Translations under genes and position numbers: made by a program
Source: Octopus vulgaris
Taxonomy: Eukaryota
Assembly: GCA_951406725.2 (NCBI GenBank)
Contig: OX597821.1
Span: 30,628,001 to 30,692,000, forward strand
Direction: 5' to 3'
DNA length: 64,000 nucleotides
Part shown: in pieces, positions 40,447-53,668 of the stretch
Position numbering within the stretch: the stretch's first letter is position 1
Layout: each line of letters opens with the position of its first letter
Notes under the pieces: generated by a model
The model's input: the letters and a program-made list of their open reading frames with translations, nothing else
The model's database searches: none
What the model was told of the DNA's origin: nothing

Positions 40447-41620
40447 GGAGTGGCCATGGGAACGCGAATGGGCCCCAACTATGCGAACCTGTTCGTTGGC
40501 TATGTTGAGGCCCAAATATTCTCTAATTTCACTGGTCCCACTCCTGAACTATATGGTCGTTATATTGACGACATTATCGGTGCCACCTCACTCTCCCGCG
40601 AACATCTAGATTCCTTCCTCTCTTTCGTCCAATCTTTCCATCCAGCCCTCCACTTCACTTCCACTATCTCCAACACCTCTGTCTCCTTCCTCGACATTTC
40701 GGTTAGCATTCTTCACTCCACTCTTACCACCTCCATTCACTACAAACACACAGACTCACACTCATACCTCAACTTCTCTTCCTCCCACCCAGAACACACC
40801 AAGCTTTCCATCCCCTATTCCCAATTCCTCCGTCTACGTAGGCTCTGTAGTGACGACCATGACTTTGAGACTCAGTCTCAACGTATGGCTCACCACTTCA
40901 CCCTACGTGGATACCCCCTCACCACTATCCACACCGCCCTTGCCAGAGCACGGTCCGTGGACCGTGAATCTGCTTTCTCTCCCCGAACCCGCCCTGTAGT
41001 CTCCCGCCTCCCTTTTCCCCTCACTTACCACCCCACGACCCTACGTCTCCAACGCACCATTCTTCGAGCTTTCCGTCATCTCCAGTCCGACCCGTCCACT
41101 TCACACCTCTTCCCTAACCGACCCCTCCCCTCTTTCAAACGAGCCCACAACCTTCGAGACCTTTTGGTCCATAGCTCCTTCCCTGACCCTACCTCCCAAC
41201 CCGGCTCGTTCCCCTGCTCCCGCCCACGTTGCCGCACTTGCCCTTACCTCTCCAACACCACCCGCCTCACTAGCACCCACCATCGACCCTATCCCATCAT
41301 CCACTCCTTCACCTGCACCTCCAGCAATATTATCTATTGCATCTCTTGCTCTCTCTGCAATTCCTTGTATATCGGACAAACGGGACGCCGCTTGGCTGAC
41401 CGGTTCGCGGAACACCTTCGTGACATCCACCTTGCGAACGACACACCGGTCTCACGCCATTTCCGCTCCACCGGTCACTCCTTGCAACACCTATCTGTGT
41501 TCGGTTTGTCCTTACACAGAGGCCATCCGGATTCCCGTTTGCGCCGTGAACAGGAATTAGTCTTCTCTCTTCGCTCTTATACGCCATTTGGTCTCAACTC
41601 TCCCCCCTCCTCATCTAACC
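40445..41620 (+). CDS. Penelope-like element RT (3' part) plus GIY-YIG endonuclease; 5'-truncated, open frame
   Basis: Within ORF 40246-41904: [35 protein letters not shown], a Cys-rich linker CSRPRCRTC (Neptune-like) and [24 protein letters not shown]. The ORF N-terminus upstream of 40445 is microsatellite and the C-terminal P/S/L tail is a pyrimidine tract. Confidence 0.92.
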
Positions 41621-42442
41621 CCCTCTCCCCCTCCTCACCTATCCTTTCTCCCCCGACCCCTACTTCTACAGTCCTTCATCCTTTCACCCCTACTCCCCTT
41701 CCCTTCTTCCCTCTTTCTCCCTCCCTCTTCCCCTTCCCTCTGCTCCCTCACTCCCTCTCTCTCCCTCTTTCCTCCTTCATCCCCCTCCTCCTCTTCCTTC
41801 TCCCCCATCCTCTCCTCTTCCCCTTCTCCTCCCCCTCTTCTTCCCCTCGCCTTCTCTCCCCCCTCTTCTCCCCCTCCCCCTCTTCTCCTCACTACACCAC
41901 ATGACTTTACACATCACATCACATATGATGTGCCATACTAATACACACACCAACTAATACATACTAATACGTACTAATACATACCAGTACATACTAATAC
42001 TTACACCAACCCTATACATACACACGTCCAGACCCCGCATACGCACTTATACTCTCTCACACACACACACACACACCTATACATACCAATACGTACTAAT
42101 ACATACTAATACATACTAATACATACACCAACCCCATACATACACACGTCCAGACCAATCTTACGCACTAATACTCTCTCATACACACACACACACACAC
42201 ACACACCCTTATACATACTAATACATACACCAACCCTATACATACACACATCCAGACCCCTCCCACGCACTTTTAGCTGGTCCCTCAACCCTTTTATCAA
42301 CCCTATTATCTCCCCTTATTTCGCTCTCGCGTCTCATGTTTGATCTTTGACCTCTGGCCGAAATCAGATCGCCATGTTGATTCGTTAGCTACTGCACGCA
42401 TTTTTTTCTCTCCTTCTTTCTGTGTTTTTCTCTCTCTGTGTA

Positions 42443-42480
42443 TCTTTCTGTTGAAGAGCGTAGGCTCGAAACGTTAAAGA
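42443..42480 (+). ncRNA. Minimal hammerhead ribozyme variant (CUGUUGA core)
   Basis: TCTTT CTGTTGA A GAGC-GTAG-GCTC GAAACGT T AAAGA: stem I and stem II pair perfectly and stem III is palindromic. Confidence 0.7.
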
Positions 42481-42577
42481 CTTGTTTTATTTATATTTCC
42501 TGAGCGCCATACTAATACAATTGTTCGTTTGTTTTCCACCTGCCTTCGTCTTTTGTTTATTTTCATAAAGCTTCCCG

Positions 42578-42622
<45 letters not shown>

Positions 42623-42909
42623 GATATGAGGTACTCAGAAAATCGGATGGTTTTATATTTACACATTTTTTTTGTATATTACATGTTTTATACATCATAT
42701 AACATAGATCATGTATTAGCGCTTTCTCCCATTCTAGTGGGGTTTTTAAGTCAAACTAAGTTCCTGTGTGAAAAGTTTTGACCATTTTATAGTGGTGTAT
42801 ATATATATATATACTAAATGCTCCAATATATTCAATTATAAATTTGTCCTTCAATGTATGATGTCCTTCAATGATTTGTCCTTCAATGTATGATGAGTAA
42901 AATTTCATA

Positions 42910-43567
<658 letters not shown>

Positions 43568-43569
43568 AA

Positions 43570-45023
43570 TAGAGTTTACTTAGCAAAGTTGGTCCTTCAT
43601 CTGGTACAGCTTATTATAGAGATATATTCAGCCTTTCAACTTGGGGGAGAACTTAGTTATGAAATATTTTTCCATATTCCTCCTGAAGGAGGTGTCATTC
43701 TTTGGACATTTGTAGAAGGGAAAGATATTAAATTCTCCTTCTCCACATGTATCTAGATGTGTACCCAGTGGTATCTTGCGCAGTTCTTCCTGTCGGACAT
43801 GTTGTCGGTGAAGCCTGGCTCGTTGGCACAAATAATTTCCAGTTTCACCTATGTAATCCTCCTTGCAGGTGGGGCATGTTATGCAGTATATTACGTTCTG
43901 CGTATTGCAGTTCATATCTGCATTTACTTTAAATATGTGACCACTTTTAAATTTCATTTCTTTATCTCCCTCTATGTATTTGTAGGTGGGGTTACTGCAG
44001 ATCCCACATCTACCATCTCCGCACTCTTTTACAAAGAATTCAGTTTTAGTTTCTGCTGAGAATTTCGCTCTTGTTAGATGTTTCTTTAGGTTTTTGTCGT
44101 GTCGTCTACTGTTTTTATGCAATATTTGTTTAGTATGTTTTCCATTTTGGGGCTTTGTAGGACTATTGGCAGGTTTAAATGTATGATTTGGAACATGTTG
44201 GTAACTCCAGGGTTGTGCGTGTTTATGAAAGGGATAATGTTTTCTTTGTTTTTTTGTTTTGGGTGTCCTGAGTAGTGCGATGTCTAGTTTCATTGCTCTT
44301 GTGATTCCACTTTCAATTAGTTTCAGGGGGCATTTTTGCTCTACTGGGAGATTTTTAAGTTCATCTAGTGTTATAAGTCGTGTTTGTGAGTCAGTTACTA
44401 TGCTACACATCCGTCTTGCCATACTATATGGGATGTTTCTTTTTATGTGGGATGGGTGGGAGGAGTGGAAATTTAAATAGTGGTGTGTGTCGATTTTTCT
44501 GTAGTGGATGTCTGATGTGATGACGGAGTTGTGTATTTTGATGTTGATGTCTAGGAAGGGAAGTTTGTTGTGGTTGGTATCGATTGTAAAGTTGATAAAT
44601 GGGTGCAGCGTGTTAAGGATGTTGTGGAATGTTCGTAGGTCTTCTTCTGATCTGTTCCAAAAGATGAAGCAATCATCGAGGTAGCGTTTGCACTTTTTCT
44701 TGATGTTTTCTCTAAAGTCGTGTTCGAAGACTTACACTATTTCATCGTATAGCTTGTTCTCCAGGAAACCCATCACCAGGTTGGCATATGAAGGTGCGAA
44801 TTTTATACCCATAGCCGTGCACTTTATCTGTCGCTATGTCTTGTTGTTGAATGAGAATGTATTTTCTTTGAGTATTAATTGGGTGGCTTGGGTGATAAAG
44901 TCTGTCTTGAAATGTTCGTCTATGAGTTCCGTGTATTTTTCTACCGATTGTTTTATTGCTTCCAGACTTAGGGTGTGTGGTATGGTCGTGTATAGATTTG
45001 TGATATCGAAGCTTGCAAGTATG

Positions 45024-45026
<3 letters not shown>
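43570..45026 (-). mobile_element. Second Penelope-like element (RT plus GIY-YIG), frameshifted and 5'-truncated
   Basis: LASFDITNLYTTIPH, TAMGIKFAPSYANL, KRYLDDCFIFW, LPFLDI, CGDGRCGIC and VIYCITCPTCKEDYIGETG. It starts at (TA)n and ends at (TG)n. Confidence 0.9.
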
Positions 45027-45068
<42 letters not shown>

Positions 45069-45476
45069 TTTAAAAAAAAGGTACATTTAAACACAAGAGA
45101 ATATTACCTTGCAACATGTAATTTTACATGCTAGAAATAGCAGCCAACACGGCCAAAACCACGATTCAATAGCAATTTTCGAAGGGATTGAAAATAAAAA
45201 CTTTTACCTTGTTATTTATTATCGGTTATACCATGGTTTCGAAATTTCTTTAGCAAACAATATTATTTGCCATCCTTTAATAGGTAATTTAGCAAAACAA
45301 TGTTATTGCCAGGCGAATTTCTCGTCAGTAACCGGCCTCAATAACTAACTTATAATTCAGAGACAGAACACTTGTCCCGTCATTATATGTTTTAATTTTT
45401 CAAAGCTCTGAGTGCAGGCGCATTTACAGTCAGCAATAATTATAAAGCCGAGTCGAATCTTCGAGAATGCTAAGAA

Positions 45477-45831
45477 TATATACATAAGATACATATATAG
45501 GGTAACGAATATTCGTTATAAATATCACTACCAGTGGTCTAGCATGTATAAATAGTCAATAGACAACATATTCATGTTTTTAAAAGTGTACATTAAAATA
45601 CAAGAGAAAATTACCTTTTAACAGGGATTTCTAGCATGTAACAAGTATTTCTAGCGTGTTGCCTGCTATTTCTAGCATGTAAAAATTACCTGTTAAATGA
45701 TTATTTTTCTTTTGTGTTTAAATGTACACTATTTTAAAATATGAATAAGCTGTATATTGAATATTTATACATGTTAGACCACTGGTAATGATATTTATAA
45801 CGAATATTCGCTACCCTATATATGTATATTT

Positions 45832-45840
<9 letters not shown>
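45477..45840. mobile_element. Fold-back/MITE-like element with ~150-bp imperfect inverted arms
   Basis: TACATATATAGGGTAACGAATATTCGTTATAAATATCACTACCAGTGGTCTA pairs with TAGACCACTGGTAATGATATTTATAACGAATATTCGCTACCCTATATATGTA. A third partial arm lies at 45080-45150. Confidence 0.8.
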
Positions 45841-45879
<39 letters not shown>

Positions 45880-45886
<7 letters not shown>

Positions 45887-46000
45887 ATCACGTGACCAAT
45901 CAGACCATCAGATGTTGCTACACATCGCTGGTCACAATGCGTTCGCATTGTTTTAGCCTTCGAACAACGCCACCACGCTGGCTAAGCGAGCAGGCCAACA
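45880..46000 (-). mobile_element. SINE family C, 3' fragment in (TA)n
   Basis: Matches 58080-58203 (CACATCGCTGGTCACAATGCG..GCTAAGCGAGCAGGCCAACA). Confidence 0.85.
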
Positions 46001-46132
46001 TATATATATATACATACATATACATATGCATATAACAAAGTGGAGTTGTAAGGTACCTCTCGAGTGGAATTATATATGAAAGGTTTGAAAAAGCAATTTT
46101 AAAAGATGTTTATTTACTTGACCGGTTTCACT

Positions 46133-46184
<52 letters not shown>

Positions 46185-46853
46185 AATATATATATATAAT
46201 TTGGGTACGAGATGGCTTGAAAAGGCTTTATCACAAATCACTACAATTGTTTCAACGCATCACTATCAGTTGTTAATTGCTGAATGGTACACACATATAT
46301 TAAATATTGGTTTGATATGATTTTACAACAGCTGTTAAATGTGCAGTTTTTAGTCAATTTACTGCCATCTGTAGTTTCTCCACATATTAGTTCCATACCT
46401 AAATACTCTCTTTCGTATTTCTTTCCCAAAAGGGAAAAGGAAATACAAAGAGAAACAAGCGGGAAAAAACAACAAAGATAAGTAAAAAATATGAATAAAA
46501 GCTAGCATATTCAATGCACGTATAATAAAAGGTTTGTCTGTGGCTTGTCTAGAATTTTATGAAAAGAAAAAAGAACATTAAAAGGCAAGTATATCATAAA
46601 ACGATAAACTCTAAAGGAATACCCATCTATTGTGTTTATTACCGTTCCACTTCAAAGGAAACTAGTATCATATGCTCATTTCTTTAACACTGCAGGGTAC
46701 CTAAAACTGTGACTTACGCGCCTATATTTAAAAATATACATTGTATCAATACCACACTCTTTATCCCTGTCGATTTCCAGGTCCTTTGGATAGGGTATTA
46801 AGCCAGCAAATTTACTGGCACACTCATGTCCATATACATACATACATACATAA

Positions 46854-46976
<123 letters not shown>

Positions 46977-47451
46977 GTTGTGTGTGTGTATGGCGTTATT
47001 CCTCACAAATATGCATATATGCATACAAATGTGTATAGATGTATTTTGCTAAATATACACTGAAACATTTCTTTATCACGAATGTCTACGCATTCTCGTT
47101 ATTCTACTTATGAAAACTACAATCACGCTCGTATAATAATACTCTTTTCGTATTTCTATAGATTCCTTTGGAATTATGCGTTAATAGTTAAAAACGAATT
47201 TAATGCTATAGGGTAAACTTGCAAGGTTTGTTTTAATGCAGACCTACATACTTCACTATATCGTGATATGTCTATTCCATGACATAACACTACTGTAGAA
47301 ATACATTTACTATTCATTCTATAATTACAACACGCAAGTGCATATATACACATATATACATACGCACAAACATACATACATGCATACATACATACATACA
47401 TACATACATACATACATACATACATACATACATACATACATACATACATGA

Positions 47452-47650
47452 TAGATCGGAAGCCACTACGCACATTTTTTTTTCTCGTTGTTTCTCTCGT
47501 TGTTTTTTTTTCTGTGTCTCTTTCTGTAGATGAGCGTAGGCTCGAAACCTAAAAGACTTTTTCAATTCCTGAGCGTTATACTAATACATCTGTTTGTTTT
47601 CTACACCACCGGTCTCTCTCTTTTGTTGCTTTTTTGTGAACTCTCCCCTA
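47452..47650 (+). mobile_element. Solo PLE terminal repeat related to 42380-42578, with a hammerhead variant
   Basis: TCTTT CTGTAGA T GAGC-GTAG-GCTC GAAACCT A AAAGA at 47519-47556. It ends in (TA)n. Confidence 0.8.
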
Positions 47651-49089
47651 TATATATATATATATATATATAGCAACCTATAGTTGTTTCAGTTTTAACC
47701 ACATATTCTAATTCGCATACAAACTAGTATGAAATTGGATTATATATAATGATGAATATATTAATATAATTGTCTCCTAATATAATGCCATCACTATCAC
47801 TTCATTTTTATACGTTTTGGTGTTTTCATTTTATTTTAATTCTTATATTGATTGACTATACTATTCTTAGGTATATATTTAATTTTGTCAATGTATCCTG
47901 ACTAGCTAACACTGCATTTTAATAATCTGCATGAAGACTGAATATTACTTTCTTTTGCAGAAAGATTTGATATTCTATTTCACACACTTTTCTCTATTCC
48001 GTTTATTATGCATGATAAGATTTTTTATTTATATATCTTAGATTTTCGTTAGATTTATCTCATGGCTGTATAATACAGCATTTATATTAAGCGTTACATA
48101 ATGAAAATTCACGACCTAATAACTACTTTCAATAGATATAGGTAGTCTTATATTTCTAGAAACAAAATTAAATAATCTTTTCCTTTATATATCCATTTCC
48201 ACTTTACTACAATTATGTACTATCGTCGCTATCCGTGATTTAGGAAGCCAGCATTCCATCTTTAAAAGAATGTAAAATCCAATAAGATCAGTGACCTGAG
48301 CTGAGTTGTTGACCTCATTCATTGTTATGTTGAAACAGTCCATTCAATCTGATTATTTCCTAAACTTACCATCAAAGCCTATTATTGTACTCAGGCCAGA
48401 TAATATCGTATCTATATCATATGATAAATCTGAATTGCGTTTCGCAATATAAATGCATTATCTTATAACATGGTATTAATCGTAGAATAATAATTTGTGA
48501 TATCAACTCGTATAAGATTACTACATTTACTACTTTTATTGTCTAGGATGTTGAACCATCGAATAGCATCCACTGTCTCAAACCATAGTATAAGTTAAAT
48601 ATTGAACCTAACGGTCAGTATAACAAACATATATAATTATTTTACTATTTCTATATAGGTTCGAGTTTCAGGGGCATATCTATCTAACGGCTGGGTTGTT
48701 GTGAAAATTTTATTTGTGGACATACAGTTCCTCCAACGGCGCCACGTGTCGATTCGGTTGAGTCGTCTTAGATATATATTTCTTCTAATTCATTAGGTTC
48801 GACCTTTTCATTCATGTTGTCGAAGCCGAATGCCTTCCATGTCATTCTACAGATAAATGAACTGGTTTCAGGTAAGGCATTTTGTTTCCTTGAGGTAAAT
48901 ATCGTCTATGATTTACTCTATTTTTTAAGCAATGTTAAAATAACGACTTCATCCGGGTGTGAGATTGTAGTTAGTATTATACTAATATGATCTGCGGAAT
49001 GACTGTAGAGTGTGCTTCCTGAAGCCAGTCTCCGGTTATTGGTTACTAAATGTTATTATACGGTAGGATTTCTCATGTTACTGGATATG

Positions 49090-49914
49090 TTTCGTCTTGA
49101 AACCATAGATGGTCATTTTTCTGACTCAAGCCACTCCGGCTGCTCGCAGTAGATCTCCTTTGTTATCGTTTGGTTTGGATTTAAAAGTTCAAAGTGGACT
49201 AAACCTTTCATATTCCACCAAACAAATTACGACATCTTACGTGGGTGAAGATGTTCTTTAGCCTGCGATGCCGGTGATACTCCTTCCGCTACTCACAGTC
49301 TTCAGCGCTTGACATTTTTATAGAGCACCCATTTCTCGTCACCAGTCACTAGTCGGTTCCAAAAAGTTTCATTCACGAGACGTGACAGCAAAGACGCGCA
49401 CATACTCACACTATGCGCGCTATTGGGCACGGAAAGTTTCTGAGGAACGCATTGAACTACTCTGCTGACTTTTCCAGTGGCTCGCTGGTGCCGATGAAAG
49501 GGTGAATGACCAAGTCCATGCTTCTCTGCTAGTTCCTCAACAGTTACGATGGGATTTAGTTGCCCCAGGTTTTGCAGGATGACCTAAAAATCTTCAAGGA
49601 CGAGGCCGGTCTTCTACGCTGTATTTTTCGACTGGGAATTTCAGGAGTAACCATTAACATTGGCTTACACTGCATTAATATTTCTCGCATTTTCCGTTGC
49701 GTTGTTGCCTTTATTGAACTCAGAGCAAAACATGCCGAATATGCTCCTTTATCATTTGCATTATAACGTTGAAAAATAACTGTTTAAATCGAACTGCACT
49801 CCTCAAAACTTGCACTAAAGTTGAGCACAAGATAAAAGTTTACTGCACCCCACTCCGACTTTTAGTTCATGCAACTGAAAAAAAGCTGCATTATGTAGAG
49901 GATTAACCAATATA
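49090..49914 (-). mobile_element. Mariner transposon, 5' two-thirds, decayed
   Basis: Minus strand: MQMIKEHIRHVLL/EFNKGNNATENARNINAV, CASLLSRLVNETFWNRLVTGDEKWVLYKNVKR, LHPRKM and GLVHFELLNPNQTITKEIYCEQ. A TIR-like TATTGGTTAATCCTCTACATAATGC lies at ~49888-49912. Confidence 0.9.
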
Positions 49915-49931
49915 TGCAGATATATATATAT

Positions 49932-50921
49932 TGATACGAGTGGGTCAAATTGGTAAACAACTGCTATGATCTACTTTACTGGCTTGTAGTCTGAAGGTCT
50001 GGAATGTAAAGTTATTGTCCTTTGCTCTGTCAGATTCACGAAGGATTAATGACCTTTAAGGGGAACCTTTGGCCTTGTGCCGGTCAGGGAAGGGTCAAGG
50101 AAACTACCCTATAAAAAAGCAGGAGCTGTGAGTCTGTTACACAGTCGGCCGGAGAAATTGAGTTGGTAACAAGGCAGATGGGATTACGGAGGAGGCGGTC
50201 AGTTGAGAAAGACAGACAGAAAATCTGAGGTATGACAGGCGAGAGAGTGACAGTGACTGCGTTGAGAACGACAGGCAGACAGTGAGAGGATGAGAGGTTG
50301 AGAAAGACACACACAGAGGACTGAGAGTGAAGGAGGGATTACGGCGGATAGAAGCACGGCTATTATAGTAGGAATTGAAACGGTATGTGTTGTTGAGTTT
50401 TGTTGAAATGTAAAAGAATTGATATGTGAATTAAAAAAAAGACTTGTCGAAAAGAAAGAACAGTGCTAAAGAGATTATAAAGAACAATGTGAATTGTGTT
50501 GATACGTGATGTGAAAAAAGGAAGGAGAAAGACTTTGAACTGTAACGTGAATTGTTGTGATTTGAACATTGTATAATGTATTGAACTGTTGTCTCTGAAC
50601 TGTTTAAATGCTTTGATTTGTTGTATACCTGATGTATCTTGATTTATTTGATGTTGTAATAATTGTTATAAACCGTTGTTAAATGTAAGCCAATTGCCTT
50701 CCGCCGTCTCTCTCTCTGTATCTCTTCCTGTTTGTTGTTGATGTTATCTCCGGTCTCCTGTTGCCGTGTTTGCTGCCGCTTTTCCCCCCACCGAATTCTC
50801 TCTCTCTCTCTCTCTGAGTTCCGTGGCGAGTTACCCGTTCGATCGAGCCGGTCAATCGTCGTCGCTCGACTTGGTAGGGTTCCGGGTTTTTCCCGAAGAA
50901 TTTGAGCGACGGCAGGTTCGT

Positions 50922-50925
<4 letters not shown>
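49932..50925 (+). mobile_element. Solo LTR (~1 kb) inserted in (TA)n
   Basis: TG..CA ends with a short terminal inverted repeat (TGATACGA..TCGTAACA), ATAT on both sides, a TATA-like CTATAAAA at ~50110, and higher GC than the flanks. Confidence 0.7.
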
Positions 50926-50957
<32 letters not shown>

Positions 50958-51889
50958 TAAAATACAGCAAAACCGGCAGCAGTTTGAGCTTTTAAAAAAT
51001 AAATACAATACATCGACAAAGGAGATGATGTAAACTTTGGCTACTTTAGGAAACGTCGTAAAAATTATATTCGTGACCTTTCACAGGAGAAAGTGAAGAG
51101 AGGGAGAAATGGAAATGTAGTAAGCTACATGTGTTGCTGATCCCTGCTACTTAACTAAACGATTAGTTGGAATTAAATGACATACTCTGTGATGGTCTGG
51201 TGGAATAGGAGCTCATTACTAAAGGCTGAGTTCAATCTGATTGAAAAGAAGTTGCAAAGAGCTTTAAAAAAATAAGGTGTCATACTCAGAACGCACTCCT
51301 GACACCAGAAGCATGCTTCATATTGTTTACAGAAACCAATGCATGTTTGTGAAGCTGATATGGTGAAATAGAAGTGTTCCTTTCCAATGGAATAAATATT
51401 GTTAAACGAAGACATTATGGAGTTATCCTCTGACTAAATGTTTTTTAAGAATGCCTGTAAGAGATCAAAATGGAGCCTTCAAAGAACCACTGAGAGAAAA
51501 GGATATCAAGTGCAGTTTATACGATAACCTTACGGAGTGTTTTGTTGGCACATTTACCCTTCCAAGGTTTGTGTCAAAGCCGGAACATTGTATTAATAAA
51601 CGTTTCCTATTTGAAATACAAATTTAAGAGAACTTGAAAGATGACAGAACCTAATTTCATTGTATTTTGGCTTCCTATATCACTGCAGATAACATTAACA
51701 CACGTGCAAAAAATTATTTTATACATGATCTGGTTTATTTATTTAATTTGTCGGAGAGAAATTGTTAGTCAGTACAGTGTCACTTATTTTTATGGACTTT
51801 GCAATTCTGTAGCATTAAATAAACTAAAACGAACCGATACGTTTCAAGATATTACAATGTTTGCTTTCTACATTTTTATCTGCTCAAAC

Positions 51890-52170
51890 ACCTCTTGAGT
51901 ACTAAAGAAGACAACGTCAAGCAAAATTCACAAATAAAGCAACAACTTCCACAGATGCATCCTGAAAAGATGAAGCAAATTTGATGGTGTTTACAAAAAA
52001 GATATAATAAACATCGCTTGGGGATTGAAAGGGAGCGTTCAGTACACTATATTACCCAATTCATACGATGTTTACCAGATTTCTGACTGTCGTGAAAAGA
52101 AAGCAGTATGGGAATTGAAAATGGCAATTCGCCTTCAACATGTCAAAATAAGGGATATGAATAGTTTTCA
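51890..52170 (+). mobile_element. Possible very old mariner catalytic-domain fragment
   Basis: MHPEKM and WGLKGSVQYTILP resemble the mariner motifs LHP.K.M and WD.KG.VHYELLP. Confidence 0.3.
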
Positions 52171-52532
52171 ACAAATAAATAAAGAAAAAAATCAAATAAA
52201 ATATTTATATGTTTCAAAACGACACGAAGATATTCCTTGCATAAAAAATATACATATGTATAAAGTGAATGTTAAAACTAATTTCATTGGTAATAGTAAT
52301 ATTAATAAATGATAAAAACATAATTATACGCATGATTATTGCTATTGATATCTTCATCAGCACCACCAGTATCAACATCGCTCCCTTCATCATCGTCCTC
52401 GTCGTCGTCATCATCATCATGCGATTATTATTGCTTTTGAACGATGAAGAAATTGAATTAGCTTGACAAGATCACGGTCGTGAATTAAAGTGAGAAGAAA
52501 CATGACAAAAGCAATAATACTAATACTAATAG

Positions 52533-52580
<48 letters not shown>

Positions 52581-52604
52581 CACTACTACTACTACTACTA
52601 CTAC

Positions 52605-52661
<57 letters not shown>

Positions 52662-53668
52662 TTCTGATAATGATGAGGATGATGATGATGATGATGATGA
52701 TGTATTTATTCATGTAGTAGAAATAACATTTACTATTAGAAATAATTAATATTGGTAATAAATGATCATCCTAATATTTTAATTATCATTAGTATCGTGA
52801 TGTTAGTATAAACATTTTATACCGTGCATGTGTCATGGAGTTTTTGTGGCGCTGAATTCCGTTTATATTTTATATTTGTTGTTGTTTCCGAGGGTTACTT
52901 TTGTATTTTGTGTACAATATGCGTTATGTGTATTAAGTCACAGAAAAGCAACCTGCTTTGACAAGGAAAATAGTTCTACTTCTAATAAAGATACTATTGC
53001 TTTTCTTTAATTCTATGATTATTGATTCTCCTGTTGTTTATTTGCCCACAAATTGATTTATCATGTTACCCATGACTTGAGCTTTTTGCTGTGTGCAAGT
53101 GTGGTTGATAACTTCCCATATCTAACCATGCAACTTGCGGACAAAATGCCGCAAAGAATTTCTGTGGTGTGCTAACGATTCTGCCACTCGCCTGTATTCG
53201 GAATGGTATTCATAATAAATTGAACCCTCGTTATACTATACTCTTTACACTTTTACTCTTTTACTTGTTTCAGTCATTTGACTGCGGCCATGCTGGAGCA
53301 CCGCCTTTCATCGAGCAACGCGACCTCGGGACTTATTCTTTGTAAGCCCAATACTTATTCTATCGGTCTCTTTCGCCGAACCGATAAGTGACGGGGACAT
53401 AAATACACCAGCATCGGTAGTCAAGCGATGTTGTATGGACAAACACAGACATACAAACATACACGCACACATATATATACATATACATATATATACATAT
53501 ACATATATATACATATATACATATATACGACGGACTTCTTTCAGTTTCCGTCTAACATATCCACTCACAAGACTTTAGTCGGTCCGAGGCTATAGTAGAA
53601 GACACTTGCCCAAGGTGCTACGCAGTGGGACTGAACCCGGAACCAAGTGGTTGGTAAACAAGCTACTT

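Larger units (their letters stand above)
40445..42578 (+). mobile_element. Penelope-like retroelement, 5'-truncated, with 3' UTR and terminal repeat
   Basis: The ORF is followed by a CT-rich tract, ~120-bp reiterated ACTAATAC/CCAGACC units (41930-42270) and a hammerhead-bearing end. (TA)n lies on both sides. Confidence 0.88.

Noticed and set aside
48843-48878. Possible 19-nt microexon (TTCTACAG|ATAAATGAACTGGTTTCAG|GTAAGG)
   Set aside because: The splice-like signals could be chance in 64 kb, and no partner exons are identifiable without RNA-seq.
51173-51415. Cys-rich ORF resembling a piggyBac C-terminal domain (also 8630-8700)
   Set aside because: The Cys spacing is incomplete and I found no TTAA/CCC termini or catalytic motifs.
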